DNA of 64,000 bases from Octopus sinensis (Eukaryota). Positions 12,100 to 23,437 of this stretch are shown one piece after another; positions within the stretch are counted from its first letter, which is position 1, and every line of letters starts with the position of its first letter. The translations under genes were made by a program, and so were the position numbers. A model generated the notes under the pieces. The model made no database searches. It was not told where the DNA came from and worked only from the letters and a program-made list of their open reading frames with translations. The stretch spans positions 67,952,001-68,016,000 of the forward strand of contig NC_043008.1 in assembly GCF_006345805.1 (NCBI RefSeq), given 5' to 3'.

Positions 12100-13400
12100 G
12101 CTTCATGCACCTTAACGATTCGTGGCTCCGTAGAATGAACGTAGCTTTTCAAGCTTAGATATATGGATGAATTATTCACTCAAGTCGGCACTGGACAGTC
12201 TCTGATCATTTACATCGTTTATGCGTTTATTCCACAATTGAAACAATAGTGAAAGTAGCTGAAAGAATGTCTGCCTACAAAAGAACTACGCCACTGTCTG
12301 TGCGTGACTGTAGCAGCTGACGGATGTAGAAATCTCTAGTTTGGAAGAAGAAAAGAAACCACAAAAGCTTATTTGTTGCTGGGTGCGAGCTGACAGAAAT
12401 TCGCTACTGAATGTTTTAACTGAGACATTTATTGTATTGTTCTAAACAGTGTCCACTTCCACAGTATCAGCAATTCAACGGATATCTTAAATCGGTAATC
12501 CTTATAACGGATTTTCATTTTAATCTTCACCAGTTGTAATATTCCTTCTGTTTGTCCCTGTTTATTTTGCGCTAGTCCCGCTTGGGAGGGCGTTACAACA
12601 TGACTCGATTGACACTGTTTAATGTTATCAATAATTCTAAATATAGAGGTGTAACGTATTCAAAATGATATTGCATTACATTAATATTCGTGTCTTAAAT
12701 CTATCCAAGCAGTTTTATAATTTCTGTTCGGTTATTTACGATATTACATTAGATGGATGAGGAGAGATCAACTATATTAACATGTGTTTTTAGTACCGGC
12801 TCCGTGATTGTTTTGTAATTTTAATTGCGCTTATTGAAAAATGGTCCCAGCAAAGAAATATGCTATATATACTTATCCGATAGAAGACGTTAAAAAATTA
12901 TATGTCTACACCTACCCAGCGTGGAGAAATTAGCTAATCTATAAACTGCTGCACACGGGTGGAGTAGTAAACTACTCTACAGCCTTGTTAATTTTTTTCA
13001 TGTCACCATCGCTGATATGAAAACTAAATTAGATATATCCAGTTGTGTGTGTTCGCTTGATTTGGTTTCGATTCTCGCTATTCAACTACAAAATAGACAT
13101 CAATATTTATTTTTATAGTCAACAGTATCGCGATCCCCTCATCCCTTCGTTTACATTCCTTCTAAACAGGTCGCCTGTTAATTTACTTGCATTTGCAAAA
13201 ATAACCTTTACTGCAGAGCAATTGCTTTTGTGTGCTAGATAATACACATTTAACGTATCCATACGTGTACATGTGTATGTGTATGCACGTGGGTGGGTGT
13301 ATCTGCTATTTCCTGTATATGAGCTGCAACCCAAACGCGAACAGTTTAACATAATAATAAATTCACGTTTGTCGCAGTAACTTTATTCTGACATCGTAAA
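12100..13400. promoter_or_regulatory. Candidate promoter / first-exon region (largely non-repetitive, CpG-retaining) just upstream of the CpG-depletion boundary
   Basis: About 1.3 kb in which I recognised no known repeat. Contains splice-like signals on both strands. No TSS can be called from sequence alone. Confidence 0.25.
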
Positions 13401-13500
13401 TAAGTTTGCATTATAACAATTACTACTAGTTCCGAATAGCTAGCTTGTTGGATACAGACAGACAGATAGATAGAAATGTTCTCTAAGGTGTATACCTATG

Positions 13501-13583
<83 letters not shown>

Positions 13584-15499
13584 AGTTGCTAACTCTGTCG
13601 TGTTTAGACAACTTTTTCTGCTTCGTCACGCGTGATTGCTATTCAAAAGTTGTCAAAATGTCAGATACATTAAGGGTGTAACAGGTGCTTTGTGTTATTA
13701 GATCCAGCGAGGATATATCTTCAAAGTTGTTCGACCTGCTTTAAAAAGCAACCAAATCACACTATACCGTTTTAAATTAAGATACATTGACCAATGAATG
13801 TAGCCTTTGATTTACAAAAGATGAGATGGTCACAACTGGACTGCCTTAGATTTTAGGTCTGCTCAATCATGGCCAGCTTACGGCTAAACAGCAGCAATTT
13901 TGCAAATATGGTTTCAATATTACCCACCACTGAGGTAGTGGAGTGGTAGAATCAGTAGAGCATTGGAAAAAATGCATTGCTGTGTTTGTCCTGGCTCTTT
14001 ATGTTCTGAGTTCAAATCCCACCAAGATCAACTTTGACTTTCATATCTCCAGGGTACACAAAGTTCTAGTTGAGTATTGAAGTCAATTTAACTGACCAGC
14101 CCCTCCCCTCAAAATAGCAGCCCTTGTACCTAAACTAGAAACATTACACACCACTATGATAATGAATTGGCTGAATCATTAGAATTAGACAAAAGTACCT
14201 TGTATTTGTTCTAGGTTTTTACATTCTGAGTTTAAATCCCACAGGGGTCAACTTTGCCTTTCATTCCTCCTCTACCGAGGTCAACTTTGCCTTTCATCCT
14301 GCCTGATAAAATAAAATGCCAGTCAAGTACTGGGGTCGATGTAATCAACTATTCCCCTCCCATCAAAACTTGCCAGCCTTGTGCCTAACTTAGAATCCAT
14401 TCATTATTGTTAACAGTCAACAAACATTTAGTTGTACAACCAACAGTATGCATACATAACATACATGTTCACACATTCACGCACACACACACACAATCAC
14501 TCATGCACATAAATATACATACATACACAAACACATGTGCACATGTATATAAATATACATACATATATGCACATACTCAGTCACATATATATGTATGCAC
14601 GTGTCCACACAAAGGGTTACAATACATCCACTCATGCTCCTGTTCAAATCTTGCTGCACTCAACTTTGCCACTCATCCTTTTATAAAGCACCAGTTAATG
14701 CCCACAGGGAGATAAACATAGAGGGGACAAACAAAGGGATTGAGTCGGTTACACTGACCCCAGTGCATGACTGGTACTTATTTAATCTCACAAAGACTTT
14801 AAAGGAAGGAGGCAACCTCTCTGGTGCTAAAGAACAAACAGGTGTAGAGTCAATGTGGAGTAGAAAAGGCATTTTTGTGTTACTAGAGACAAGGTAACTT
14901 CTCTAGTGCTGGTGCCATAATAAAATGCATCCAGCACACTCTGTAAAGTGGATGATGATAGAGAGGGCATCCTGCTTTAGACACCATAGTGGAAATAAAG
15001 AATACATGTGAAACAGTCTCTATCCTCTTTATGCAGGCAGTAGTTCTGAATAAGAACTGACTCAGACCAACCCTAGAATGGAAAAGCCAATGTAAAGAAC
15101 AAATAAAAATACAACATGAAGATGATACAAATGAGTCAAATGTCTTCCTAGTGAAGTTCCATCCACTGTACACTCACAGCAATTATGTCACTTCATAAGA
15201 CAGTTCCTGTATATTGTTGACAAGTTAAATATATCATCAACACTGACAGGCATGGCTGTGTGGTAAAAAAAATTCTTCAAGGTGATGATCCAGCATGGCC
15301 ACAGTCTAAGACTGAAACAAGTAAAATATAAAAGATAAAATAATGTAGGCAGAACCAAAATTAAATTCCCTTAGTCACAAAATACTTCTCTATCTGTACC
15401 ATGGTAACAGTGTCGTTTGCCTCTGCAAACTCCCTCCCTCTACCTACACAGTGGAAACAATCTCATGTTCCCTGTACCCTTAAACTGACAGCTTCCATG

Positions 15500-15830
15500 G
15501 TAGCTTAACCCTCTCCTTGCATATTGAACTGACCAACTTGTTTGGAAAAGTAGACTTCTTAAGCTGAAATGAAGGCAACTTGTGTGGGAGAGAGGTCTCC
15601 TTAAAGAAAACCACTGCACTAAGGAGACACATTTAACCAAAAAGTGCCCCTGGGATAGCTAGTGGTCGCTGTACTCAATCCTGCTTAGCACAAAGAAAAC
15701 ATGAGCTGCACAAGTCCAGAGCCAACTCCTTGCCTTCATTCCCAACAGACCTGCCAGACCTGCAGCAGAACCTTCCTAGCATGCATCAACCAGATTGTCT
15801 ACAGCCTGATTCTCCCATTATTATTCCCAG
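15500..15830 (+). mobile_element. Decayed RTE-type LINE 3' end
   Basis: TCQTCSRTFLACI resembles the C-terminal CxxCxRxF zinc-finger-like motif of RTE/BovB ORFs. Confidence 0.4.
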
Positions 15831-15943
15831 CAACCCTAAACTACTTGTTTAGACAAACCCATCATTACATAATAGAGAAGCATGTCTAAGGGAGCAGTGA
15901 TTCTGCATAAAAAGGTTGCTATATGATAGCAGAAACTCTTTTG

Positions 15944-17131
15944 CATTATTTACATTTGATGGATATTTGTTTGTTGTTAATACATTTTGGCTGATATACT
16001 CTCCAGCTTTCATCAGGTGTTTTGGAGAAATTTCAAACCTGGATTCCTAAGGTGTTTTTCGATGTTATTATTGTTATTATTATTATTCAGGTCACTGCCT
16101 GGAATTGAACTCAGAATCTTGGGGTTAGTAGTCCACACTCTTAACCACTATGCCATATGCCTGTGAGCAATTATGGAATGAATTTTAGGGCTTATAAATC
16201 TAGTATCTTCCTATCTTTTCTTAATGCCAGTTCCCATATGCTACTCATATCTGCACTCGGTCTGCTTAGGCAGTTATTATGCTTCTTTTAGTTTTCATAT
16301 TTTCCAGTGGTGTTCCCTGTCTATTATTTTAACTTCATCCCACAAGGAGAGGTAGTCTCCATTTTCCCATACATGATCAGCTATACCTGATTTATCAATA
16401 TCTCCTCGTGTCACAGCTTTGCGATGTTCCTCTACCCTTATTTTTAGGGGCTGGCATGTTTCGCCTTTGTATAACCTACCACAGCTGCATGGGAAGGAGT
16501 ACATACAGTCTTTGGTCATATTCTCTTCTATTGGTGGTTTTACTCAAAGGAGATATTTGCGAAGTGTTGTATTACTCATGAATACTGTCCTGATATCACA
16601 TGAGCCACATATCTTTATAAGGTTGAGGAACATTGCAAAGCATTGACACAAGGAGATATTGATAAATCGGGTATAGCTGATTATGTATGGAAAAATGGAG
16701 ACCACCTCTCCCTGTGGGATGAATTTAATATAATAGATAGAGAACACCACTGGAAAATACAAAAACTAAAAGAAGCAGCACATATGCTAGGACATAATAA
16801 CCCAGACTGAGTGCAGATATGAGTAGCATATGGGAACCGGTATTAAGGAAGGATAGAAAAATATTAAATTTAAAAGCCCTAAAATTCACTCAATAATTGC
16901 CCACGGGCATATGGCATAGTGCAGGCTACTAACCCCACGATTCTGAGTTTGATTCCAGGCAGTGACCTGAATAATAATATAATAATAATAACACTGAAAA
17001 TACCTTAAGAATGAGAACCCCAGTTCGAAATTTTCCCAAGCCACCTGATGAAGGCTGGAGAGTATATCAGCTGAAATGTTGTATTAACAACAAACAAGAT
17101 GAGGACAAATATCCATCAAATGTAAATAATG
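15944..17131. mobile_element. Penelope-like element remnant arranged as a ~500-bp inverted repeat, with a GIY-YIG endonuclease fragment
   Basis: Minus ORF 16295-16519 YSFPCSCGRLYKGETCQPLKIRVEEHRKAV...SGIADHVW is a PLE-type GIY-YIG domain. Arms 15944-16441 and 16617-17131 are diverged reverse complements. Confidence 0.85.
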
Positions 17132-17289
17132 TACATAATTCCTCATCTCTCAAATATAGAACTGTAGAAACTCTTTTGTCCTTTCTAGTACTGGTGGCAT
17201 GACAAAATGTACCCAGTCCATTCTATAATGTGATTAGTAGGACATCCAGGTGTAAAATCCATGCTAAAAGTGAGGATGAAGCAGGTAAG

Positions 17290-17530
17290 CCAAATGTCAA
17301 TTCTAAGAGAGAAGACTGCTGATATGGTTATATGATGTGTATGGATGAGGACAGCTGCATAAAGGAGTGCCAATCTCTAACTGTGGAGGGAACCTGTGGA
17401 AGAGGCGGACCAAGGAAGATGTAAGACAAAAAGGTGAGAAATGATTGTCAGATGCTGAGCCTCATAGATGAGATGACAAGGGACTGAGACAACTGGCTAT
17501 TGAGAAGACACATCAACCTAAGTGAAATCA
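17290..17530 (+). mobile_element. RTE-type LINE 3' fragment
   Basis: Remnant MDEDSCIKECQSLTVEGTCGRGGPRKM, typical of the RTE ORF C-terminus (RMDE...GRGRPRK). Confidence 0.6.
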
Positions 17531-18251
17531 AGGCCATGTCCCCACCCCTTCACACACAATTTGTCCCCCATCAAAACTACCCTCACAACTTCCTAACACC
17601 CCTCTCCCTACCCATTGTTGCATGTTCCTCCTTTCTCTCTCATGTGTCTACCCACAAATACTATGCTCTCATATCTACCGTAACCCCATACTCCCAGTCA
17701 CTCCAATTTCACTCACCATCACTTGCTACAGTCATCTTTAAACATCTCCCTCACACTCTTATAGTATCTCTGTACCACTTATATTTACTCCCACTGAACC
17801 TTGTGGGTATGTCCTGATACTCCACTACCATCTATTTCTCACTTGCTCTGTCTCTCTATTTTTCACTCTTCTATCTCTTCTATAGTAAGACACCTGTTTT
17901 TGTCGTTCTAATATCCTTAAACCTTCAGCTGACACTCCAGCTCAAAGCCACCTCTCTCAGAACCACTCCCTCTCCCAGCCAAGGAGTCTTTGTCTTGCAA
18001 GTTACTTGGCAACCCTGCTGGTGCTGGTACCACATAAAAAACATCCACTACACTCTGTAAAGTGGTTGGCGTTAGGAAGGGCATCCAGCCACAGAAACCA
18101 TGCAAAAGCAGACAATGGAGCCTGGTGCAGTTCTGTGACTTGCCAGCTAATTTCAAACTGTCCACCCCATGTCAGCATGAAAATTGGATATTAATTGATG
18201 ATGATGAGAAATTAGATGATTAAGGCAGCAAGTTGGCAGAATTATTAACAT

Positions 18252-18630
18252 GTAGGAGTGGCTGTGTGGTAAGTAGCTTGCTTACCAACCACATGGTTCT
18301 GGATTCAGTCCCACTGCGTGGCACCTTGGGCAAGTGTCTTCTACTATAGCCTCAGGCTGACCAAAGCCTTGTGAGTGGATTTGGTAGACGGAAACTGAAA
18401 GAAGCCCATCGTATATATGTATGTGCGTGTGTTTGTGTGTCTGTTTGTCCCCCAACATCGCTTGACAACCGATGGTGGCATGTTTACATCCCCGTAACTT
18501 AGCAGTTCAGCAAAAGAGACCAATAGAATAAGTACTAGGCTTACAGAGAATAAGTCCTGGGGTCGATTTGCTCAACTAAAGGCGGTGCTCCAGCATGACC
18601 AGTCAAATGACTGAAACAAGTAAAAGAGTA
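18252..18630 (+). mobile_element. SINE family A, full-length
   Basis: Near-consensus copy. Confidence 0.9.
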
Positions 18631-18799
18631 TGTCAGACAAAATGCTTCACGGCAAGTCTTCTGACTCTTTATATTCTGAATTCAAATTTGCCTTTCATCC
18701 TTTTGAAGTTGATAAAATAAAGTACATGTCACATAGTAAAGACATTGGTATCAACTAATCCCTCTCACCCCAAAATTTCTGGCCTTGTGCCAAAATCTA

Positions 18800-18986
18800 T
18801 ATTATTAAGGCAGCGTGCTGGCAGAATCATTAGTATGCCATACAAAATGCTTAGTGATATTTCGTCTGATGCAACGTTCTGACTTCAAATTCCATCAAGG
18901 TCACCTTTGTCTTTCATCCTTTCGGAGTCAATGAAATAAGTACCAGTGGAATACTGGGGTGATGTGATCGACTGTCTCCCTCCCTG

Positions 18987-19022
<36 letters not shown>

Positions 19023-20060
19023 GGTGGCAAGCTGGTAGAATTGTTAGCATGCTGAATGAAATGTTTAGCACTATTTCACTCGTTGCTACATTCTGAGTTC
19101 AAATTCCGCCAAGGTCAACTTTGCCTTTCATCCTTGCAGGGTCGATAAATTGAGTACCAGTGAAATGCTAGGTTGATGTAATCGACTAGTCCCCTCCCAC
19201 AAAAATTTCAAGGCCTTGTGTCTTCAGTAAAAAGGATTATTATTATTATTTATCGTTTCCTTTCATTATAACTTTATTTCAACTGCCTTTGTACTGGGCA
19301 TCCTCCAGAGGCCAAGAGTAGCAAGGGAACTTTTGTTTTGTTATGCATGCTAAAATTATCACCACATTTATTCCATTTTAGTTGGAGATTGATTTCCATA
19401 GTATATGGGCTGTACTCATCAAGGTCCTCTTTTGTAGTTCACAGAGATTGGAGTTACCAGAGAATTGCTTAATATACTTCTAAGCTCCCTTCTTTATCAT
19501 TCCCAATGCACCAATTACCACTGGTATTATCATAGTACTAAGCTTCCACATTTTTGTGATTTCAAGTTGCAGATCTTTATAGTGAGAAAGTTTTTCATAT
19601 TCCTTTCTTGAGACATTTTTATTATTAAGGTGGCAAGCTAGCACAATTGTTAGCATGCTGGACAAAATGCTTAGCAGTATTTCACCCATCACTACATTCC
19701 AAGTTCAAATTCCGCCAAGGTTGACTTTACGTTTCATCTTCTCGGGGTCGATAAAATAAGTACCAGTTGAGTACTAGGGTTGATGTAATTGACTTACTCC
19801 TCCCCTAAAGTTGTTGGCCTTGTACTAAAATTTGAAACCATTATTATTATTTTTATCAAGGTGTTGTGTTGGCAGAATTGTTAGTGTTGGACAAAATGCA
19901 TAACAGCTTTTCTTTACTCATTGGATTCTGAGTTCAAATCCTGCCAAGGTTGATCTTGCCTTTCATCCTCTCAGAGTCAATAAAATAAGTGCCAGTTGAG
20001 TACTAGAGTCGATATTATTGACTTAGTCCTCCACCTCTAAAATTGCTAAAAATATAAAAC
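18800..20060 (+). mobile_element. Cluster of four same-orientation family B SINEs (GGCGAGCTGGCAGAA...GTCGACTTTGCCTTTCATCC...), separated by (TAT)n
   Basis: Copies at ~18810, 19020, 19628 and 19860, all with CpG-to-TpG/CpA decay. Confidence 0.75.
19240..19620 (-). mobile_element. R4/Dong-like non-LTR retrotransposon 3' end (restriction-like endonuclease)
   Basis: EKLSHYKDLQLEITKMWKLSTMIIPVVIGALGMIKKG is the typical RLE C-terminal signature; followed by a 3'UTR and a (TAA)n tail. Confidence 0.75.
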
Positions 20061-21602
20061 CATTATTAAGATGACATATTGATAAAATAATTAGACATTG
20101 CATGTCTTCATTGTATCACCTTCATTTTAGGGATAGGAAGGAATTGGTGAAGATAATGATTGTTTCTTTTGATGATGTGTCTAGTGGTGATGTTTGATGT
20201 TTGTTGTTGTTGTTGAAGACAGTGAATGGGCAGTGGTGTCTTTCTTATTGTTGAGGAGGTAGTGGTGCTGAAAATGGAAATGCTTCTAGTGGTGATATTC
20301 TGGCTCTTATTGTTGCTCCTGCTGTTGTTGTTGTCTTCTTCTTCCAATCTCACACAATTAGCCACAAAGAATAATCTCTAATTCGAGTCTACTCTAAGCT
20401 ACTAAGAATGCATGTGGCAACTTGAATATCCACCCACCACATGCGATAGACTGGCAGTTGCACGGGCGTGAAAGCTACATTGTTATCCTCATTCAGTAAA
20501 CAGTGGCTTTTAACAGGTGGAGAGCTGAACCATCCTGGGGTACAGAGGATTCGCAATATAGACTGGGGTCTGAAAGTTTTACCACACCATAGTGGGTTAC
20601 ACCATGGTTCCTCTGCTTTGTTCAGAAGTAGGAAGAAAAAGTGAGAGAAAGTTGTGGTGAAAGAGTACAGCGGGGTTCATCACCCCACTGCCGGAGCCTC
20701 ATCGAGCTTAGGTGTTTTTGCTCAATAAACATTCGCAATGCCCGGTCTGGGAATTGAAACTGCAATCTTACAACCGCGAGTCCGCTTCCCTAACCACTGA
20801 GCCATTGTGCTTCCACTTGCTGTTGTTGTTGAAGCAGTAGTGGTGGTATTGCTGTTGCTGCTAGTTTGGAAGATAGTATTGGTGGTGGTTGTAGGGAGAA
20901 GTGGTGAATGGCGGAGTTTTTGTGATGGTGTGGTAGTGACTGTTGTGGTGATAGTGGAGGTGGCAGTGATAGCTGTGATGGTGAGGTTGCAAGTGTGATG
21001 GTTGCAACCTTGGTATTGGTGGTATTGGTGGTGGTGGTGACAGTAGTTGTTATGATGTAAAGTAGTGTGGTATGATGTGCGTTGTTATGGCTGAGGAAAT
21101 AGTAATCCAATGTGACTGCAGTCATCAACCACAGATTCTAATTAATTACCTGTCAGTTTGATAAGCAGGACAGGAGCCATGTCTTTAGTTTCAACTGAAA
21201 TATCATCATCATCATCATCATCATCATGCAACAAACAGGTAAAGAATGTATCTTCTGCATGCAATGGTGACTGTTCCATGATGTTGTTGTTAACCTTGAC
21301 AACATGGCTATGGAATTTGGAGGTTGTGGTGGTGGTGGTAGTGGTGTGAGGAGGAGGAAGAGGATAGAACATGCAGAGAGGTAACTTTGACATTTCTCTA
21401 AACAGCTGGGTTTTTGATTGCATATTTACTTTTGTACTGAGGTGATAGCAACACTGACATAACTTAGTCTGTGTATGCATATACATATATATGCATTTTT
21501 ATATGTATTTGTGAATGTATGAAAGTGTATATTTGTATATATATACATGCATGTATATACATATATATTTATGTATCTATATCCGTCTCTCTAGCTATTT
21601 AT

Positions 21603-21634
<32 letters not shown>

Positions 21635-22600
21635 GTATCATCATCAACGATGATGATGATATATATAAAAATATATATACACACACACATATATATATGT
21701 ATCATCAACGATGATGATCATATATATATTATATGTGGTGTATATATATAAAATGATGAAGGCAGCTATACGCAATATAAAACTAAAAAGAAAAAATTCA
21801 GTTGTCACCAATTGTGACTGATCATGTAGGGTAGCACCTACATTGCTAGAAATAAAAGTTAAAAACCTTTAGAGCTGCAAGGAAGCACACATCTATGCAT
21901 TGACAGGGGAGATAACCACCCCACGGTGAGCTAATCACCATACTAATCAATATGTATATCTTTCTGAGGAGTTTTGATATTGATTTCCTAATATTAATAA
22001 TAATATATTATCAAAATATATATATATATGTATATGTATAGCTAGATAGACAGACAGATATTGTGGAATACACAAATTTTTAAATCAGTTCAAATATGAA
22101 TGGGACCTGCAAAAAAAGTAATTTTTACTGTGATTTCCCATGGAGAAAATTCTTGCTTTAGACAAAAGAGTGTTAAAACATCAACAGCCAGCTCAGAGCA
22201 TCCTCTAGTACACCAATAAATGCATTTCTAACTGTTTGGCTATCATCCTTGTTGGGTACCACAAAAGAAAGACACTCCTGAAATGGCTTTGTAAACTATA
22301 GCTTTCTTATAGAAAATCAGTAAAATCTATTTACAAACTGCATATCTACTAACTGTCACCTGGCTCGAATGAATTACATAATGTGCACACAAAGTAGTGT
22401 TGTGGAATAAACAAACTTTTAAATTGGTTCAAATATGTAAAAAGTTCCAATTTCACAGTGATTTGCCATGGAGAACATATTTGTTACATGTGTGTGTGCA
22501 TATATATATATTTATGTATGTAGATAGGTAGGTAGGTGTGTGTGTATGTCTATATACATAAAGATATATATCTATGTATGTGTATATATATATATATATA

Positions 22601-23135
22601 ACACCTGGTCACTTTCGAGTGCTACTGGTAACATGTAACCTGTTGCATGGTTGGGTCGGCGGCGGCTAAACTGGCAACCCCACCAAGCTTGCTTGGTGAG
22701 GAGGGTGTTTATTGGATACCTTGGGGATGAAAAACAAAACCCGTCAAAGGGTAGAGGAACTCTTGAGAGTCAACAGCCATCCAATAAATGTCTTAAGGCT
22801 GTATCATGCGCGGGGACATAGAAATAATTGGACTGAATACCCGATTGCGCGGTTAAACCATTGGGAGTGAAGGAGTCCTAGCCTTTGTTAGGGCATCCTT
22901 CTAGGAGAAGGTAACTCAGGTAACTGGGATAACTCCGACATAAAACCTGCAGCCCAGTGGTTATTGATGATATTGACTTACTCTTCTTTTCGGATTATGG
23001 CTGCTGTTGCTTAGTGAGTGGGATTGACTCAGTGCACAGCCTTTCCTCACTTTTAAAAAAATCTTCTTGCACAATAACAACATTGATTAAGTTTCGTGCA
23101 ATGGCCATACTCAATAATGAGGGGGCAGCCACCAT
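22601..23135 (+). mobile_element. Probable 5'UTR fragment of an RTE-like LINE embedded between (TA)n tracts
   Basis: GC-richer, CpG-containing insert with a TTCTAGGAGAAGGTAACTC motif reminiscent of RTE 5'UTRs. No ORF. Confidence 0.35.
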
Positions 23136-23401
23136 ATATATATATATTATATATATATATATGTGTGTGTGGCATATATAGTAAAGAGATTGATTGAATA
23201 AGTACCAAGCTTTAAAAAAAATAAGTGCTAGGATTGATTCATTTGACTAAAAATTCTTCAAGGCAGTGCTCTATCATGGCCACAGTCTGATGACAGAAAC
23301 AAGTAAAAGATAAAAGATAGATATATATATGCCTGGGTATGGGAAAATATTACCTTGCTTGGTATGTATATGCATAAGTATCTACACTCTATATACATGT
23401 G

Positions 23402-23437
<36 letters not shown>

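Noticed and set aside
13594-13664. 10-bp inverted repeat GACAACTTTT/AAAAGTTGTC with flanks vaguely resembling a hammerhead on the minus strand
   Set aside because: Both core segments are degenerate (CTGACAT, TAAAC); only the hairpin is real.
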